Source: Setoptus koraiensis
Lineage: Eukaryota; Animalia; Arthropoda
Direction: 5' to 3'
Assembly (NCBI GenBank): GCA_048013815.1
Contig: CM106585.1
Coordinates: 14,880,001-14,944,000, forward strand
DNA: 64,000 nucleotides
A program made the translations under genes and the position numbers. Under the pieces are notes generated by a model that saw nothing but the letters and a program-made list of their open reading frames with translations, did no database searches and had not been told where the DNA came from. Positions within the stretch are counted from its first letter, which is position 1, and each line of letters opens with the position of its first letter. Positions 60,221-64,000 of the stretch are shown in pieces.

Positions 60221-63200
60221 TACAATCAATTTATTTATATGTTTTGAAGCCAATCTGTTCCTCCGAGGATTCACTAAATACCCCGCTCTACTAAAACATT
60301 TCTCTGATGAGACACTTGATGCAGGGCAACTGAGAAGCCAGAGGGCTACCGATGATAGATATTTGAATCTATCTTTTGATACAACCCAAAATTTTATCGG
60401 ATTGAACTCATTGTCAAATGAGTATGCAGGTGAATCTAGCTCCACTTTGGATTGGAGGTACTGATATATCAACTCTTTTGATCTCTCTAGAGATGAAATA
60501 TTCTCATCGAGATCCATTCTCTCCTGAAAGATATCTCTCGTTTGACGTATCCCGGTGACGAGTCTCGTTTCCGGTTGGCAAGACAGACTGTCATCCTTAA
60601 TGACAAGATTGTTAACTAGCTCAGTTGACAGATCTGTTACCTCAATTCTATGTGAATCTGTGACAAACTTCAACTTTCTATATCTGGGGTCCAACATTAG
60701 AGCCACATAATGATACTAGTTTATCCTACTTTGAACATCCCACTTGTCTCTTTTGCTAAATTCGAGCTTTTTCTACAGATCGATAATAAACAGTGAATCA
60801 TCTGGCTGAGGCTCACAACATTTCACCAAGGTATCATGCCACATTACAACATACGGAAGAGTAGGTTTAGACTGAGATGATAAGTCCACTGTTGCGTCGT
60901 TGAAACCTTTCAAGACTCTACAAATTTCTTTGAGGGCAGATATCTCACTGCTTGATAACAAACAATCTAATGCTCTTTTTTGTATCAAGATACTCTCCAA
61001 CTGAGAGTAATTATTAATTACTGATTGAGCCATAATCAGGTCCGAGTTCCACCTGGTTGAAACAGACTGTTTAAGAGTTGAACCCAAAATTCCTTGAATG
61101 GATGACTTCTTAGCGAATGTAACTAAGCGTTTACATTTCTCTAGTAATTTATGAACATTTGTCTGTTGCTGGTGTATTTAATTAACATGAATCTGGAATT
61201 GAAATTTGAAATCTTGGAATTGCTCGTCTTGGCCATCGTCTCCATCTTTCAGTCACGAGAAACACATGTTTCTGTGACGCTTGGATCTCAAATTTTTGCT
61301 ATACGTTCTGTCAAGGGTCTCAAGCTAGATGGTTATAAGAAAAAATGTTGCCCACAAAATGCCAGGTTGCGGCAGAGTGATACTCTTGTGAGTCGTTACT
61401 ATCTCTCAACTTCCGCTGGTCACCTGCGCACACCGGACAAGGGGTCAAGTTGCGCAGGAAACTCATCGAAAGTAGCATCAAATTTAAGATGAATTCGTAT
61501 GAAGACCGAGAATATGGCCATGAGGCCCAAGCCTCAAGCCCGCTGTTTGTGTTGCAGGAATGGCCTGCCCATTACAAGAGGCTAGGGCTGTTTCCGCATT
61601 ACAGATCGCTTGTTGTGGCGAACAGTTGGTAGTATGAGTGACCCTGACAAGGTGAGTGAGTTTATCAGATGTTGCAGTTTTTCAATCAGTTCATCATCAA
61701 GTGATTGCAACAATCCTATTGCAATTATACACACTTGTTTGCTGTAATCAGACCAATGAGATGGTGGCTGGCATTGAATGGTCAATAGTGATATTCACAG
61801 CAACTGGTCGACCCAATTGAAGTTGCCCAATGACCGTTGATATGTAATGTGTTGTGTTGTGTTGGCAGGCATCATGACACAACACATTACATAACACATT
61901 ACACGCCGTTGCACACATTGCGTAACATTTGCACTGACGGCACATAATTAAAATTGAGTTAGTTTATTTGAGTATTGGCACACTTGCTAGTGCTGGCTAA
62001 CTCCTTTTTTTGGCACCCAACACTGTTGTTGAACACTACCATTGATAATGAGACACTGATAATGAGACACTGATAGTGCCGTAAATGAGATACGTCATCA
62101 GTGTTACCTGTGCGCTGTCTTCCTGTGCCCGTTCATCTGCATATGAATACATGTAATGATAATGTAAGTAATGTAATATAATATCAGAGTACCATTATGT
62201 AATAATATGGCGGTGTTAATGTTGTGTTGCTAGCTAACACACCACCACTGGCGATATCTAACTCGATAAGAAATATCCCTTAGAATACGATAAAACCATT
62301 TGAATATCATCATCATCATCGGCAGCAGCAGCAACAGTGTATGGTCGGTGTACGAGATAAATCGGATGAGTTTAAAATGAGCACTAGTGGCGATAATGAT
62401 CATATTTATCATTTCTCGGCCACTCGCTCGGCTCCGGTTGCTGTAGTGGCGATAGTGGTCAGCGGGGCAGAGTTTTAGTTTTGCTGGCTGCAGCTCTCTG
62501 CAAGGTCTCGTCAGACTGTGACGGTCAGACGGTGGGGCAAGTTGTTTCTCGAGCCTTTGGCTCCGTTTGCGCCCAACGAAGCCGGCCTGCGAGATGCCAT
62601 CCAACCGAGGAGTCCATTAGTGTCGCTGCTGTTTCAATGCGTTGCGCCCAACGATCATCTGGGTGTCGTCAGGTGAGTGAGACCGCCAGAGATTGTTGCC
62701 AATTGTTGGCCCTCGCCCGTTTGTTGCGCAACAACAACACCGACAGCAACAACAACAGCAACAACAACAGCAACAACAACAATAACAGCGACACAAACAT
62801 ATCGTGCAAATTAATGACGCAACAAGCCGGCAGCGGTATCATTAGGCGACTCGCCATTGCGTGTCATTGGCTCGATTGAGCAAGCCGGCCAACAGGTACA
62901 AGCCAATTCGATTGTGGCATTGAGAGCGGATATCAATCGGCGAGCGGCAATTATCCTAATGAACTCGTCTTACAATCGGGCCTGTTCAATCTAGGCAAAA
63001 GGTTCTGAATTCATTCAATTTCGTCGCCGGCGCCGCTTCTTCTAGATTTAGAATTCTCTATGCGCATTGCGTGCTCGTCGTTGTCTCACCACCAAATTCG
63101 CCTAATCGATTGTCCGTGAAAAGTTTGCAGCAATCACTGGCTTATTCGATTACGCAACCGCTTCATCGATTCGGCCGACTAGCGGGCGAGCGGGCGGTGT

Positions 63201-63735
63201 TTGCGGCCAGCCGAATCGAGTGGCGGCGGCGGGCGCAGTGGGCAGTAATGGCATGGTAATTAGGCTACAACAAGCGCGGATAAAACAATGCATGCGGCTA
63301 AGTGGTCAACTCCGGGCTGCGGGCCCGCTCCAAACCGCAACAAACCATCTAAATGTTGCATAACGGTGCTTGTATCGGCTGTCAATAGTCGTGTTTATTT
63401 GTGAGTGTGGCGCCTATCAAGCGCGAATGTGTATCATCATTATGGCAAACAAAACGATTGTTCGGATAATAAGTTGCTGCCAGATAATAAGTTGCTGCTG
63501 CTGTTGGCCAGATATATGTTGGTGATAATAATAATTAAGTGCTCATGCCAGCGCAGCGGCATGCATTATGCATTCAATCATTAGTTGGCCGGCCGCTCGG
63601 TTGGCCGGCCGCGTAGCTAGCAGGTGATTTGATTTCTGGCAATTGCTGCTACTTTTACAACTCGGTCATCAATTGCGCCGCTATCATCTGACGCCAGATC
63701 CGATCTGGCCGGCCGCCTTCCGGTGTTCCCGTGAT

Positions 63736-63792
63736 CACAACGAACGATCGCAACGAACGGTCGCAACGAACGATCGCAACGAACGATCGCAA
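63736..63792. repeat. 13-bp minisatellite (caacgaacgatcg)x4
   Basis: Direct reading. Confidence 0.85.
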
Positions 63793-64000
63793 TGAATGAA
63801 CGAAAGCGGCCCATTAAAATTCAAATTTAAATTAGATCTCATCCGCGAGCCGCGCATCGATGCCACTGCCGGCTATCTAGCCGCCGGTGAGCCGCTCGGC
63901 TGGGCGGCTTGCCGGCTGGCTGGCTGCTGTGAGTAATGACAACAAAATATAAACAGTTGCCATGGTAATATGAGCAATAATAGATCAGTAGCGATTCGGA

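Larger units (their letters stand above)
58959..61170 (-). mobile_element. Decayed hAT transposon (3' portion), interrupted by the maT element
   Basis: Reads LLEKCKRLVTFAKKS..LKQSVSTRWNS..LDPRY..FW..PASSVSSEKCFSRAG..RRNRL (hAT dimerisation domain), with two in-frame TAGs at about 60720-60775. TAGAGATG terminus at 58959 followed by AACCG/CGGTT subterminal repeats to about 59110. Confidence 0.85.

Overview
Eukaryotic (arthropod) genomic DNA. The short GT-AG introns (about 90-400 nt), several intronless genes and the gene set suggest a compact mite genome; this is inference, not a taxonomic result. 0-13.6 kb: a 3'-truncated 4-exon gene with two tandem DM (doublesex/mab-3) zinc modules. It is followed by a large inverted duplication (arms about 2.1-6.0 kb and 9.4-13.3 kb). 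Each arm carries a miR-71/miR-2 hairpin cluster and the 3' part of a Rab11-FIP3/4 (nuf-like) gene, intact on the right and pseudogenised on the left. 16.7-43.2 kb is gene-dense: a BRAT1-like helical-repeat gene head-to-head with HSDL2, a tandem array of four 3-exon secreted cysteine-rich proteins, ANO10, an ELOVL6-like elongase, CWC15, BET1 and POLR2E (RPB5). Partial duplicates of HSDL2, ANO10 and CWC15 lie among them. DNA transposons: two copies of a DD37E Tc1-like family (one carrying a nested MITE), a TA-flanked MITE, and a DD37D (maT) transposase with an open ORF nested in a decayed hAT element. 47.8-64 kb is microsatellite-rich and has no host CDS I can support. All gene models were spliced and translated by hand; no database searches were run.
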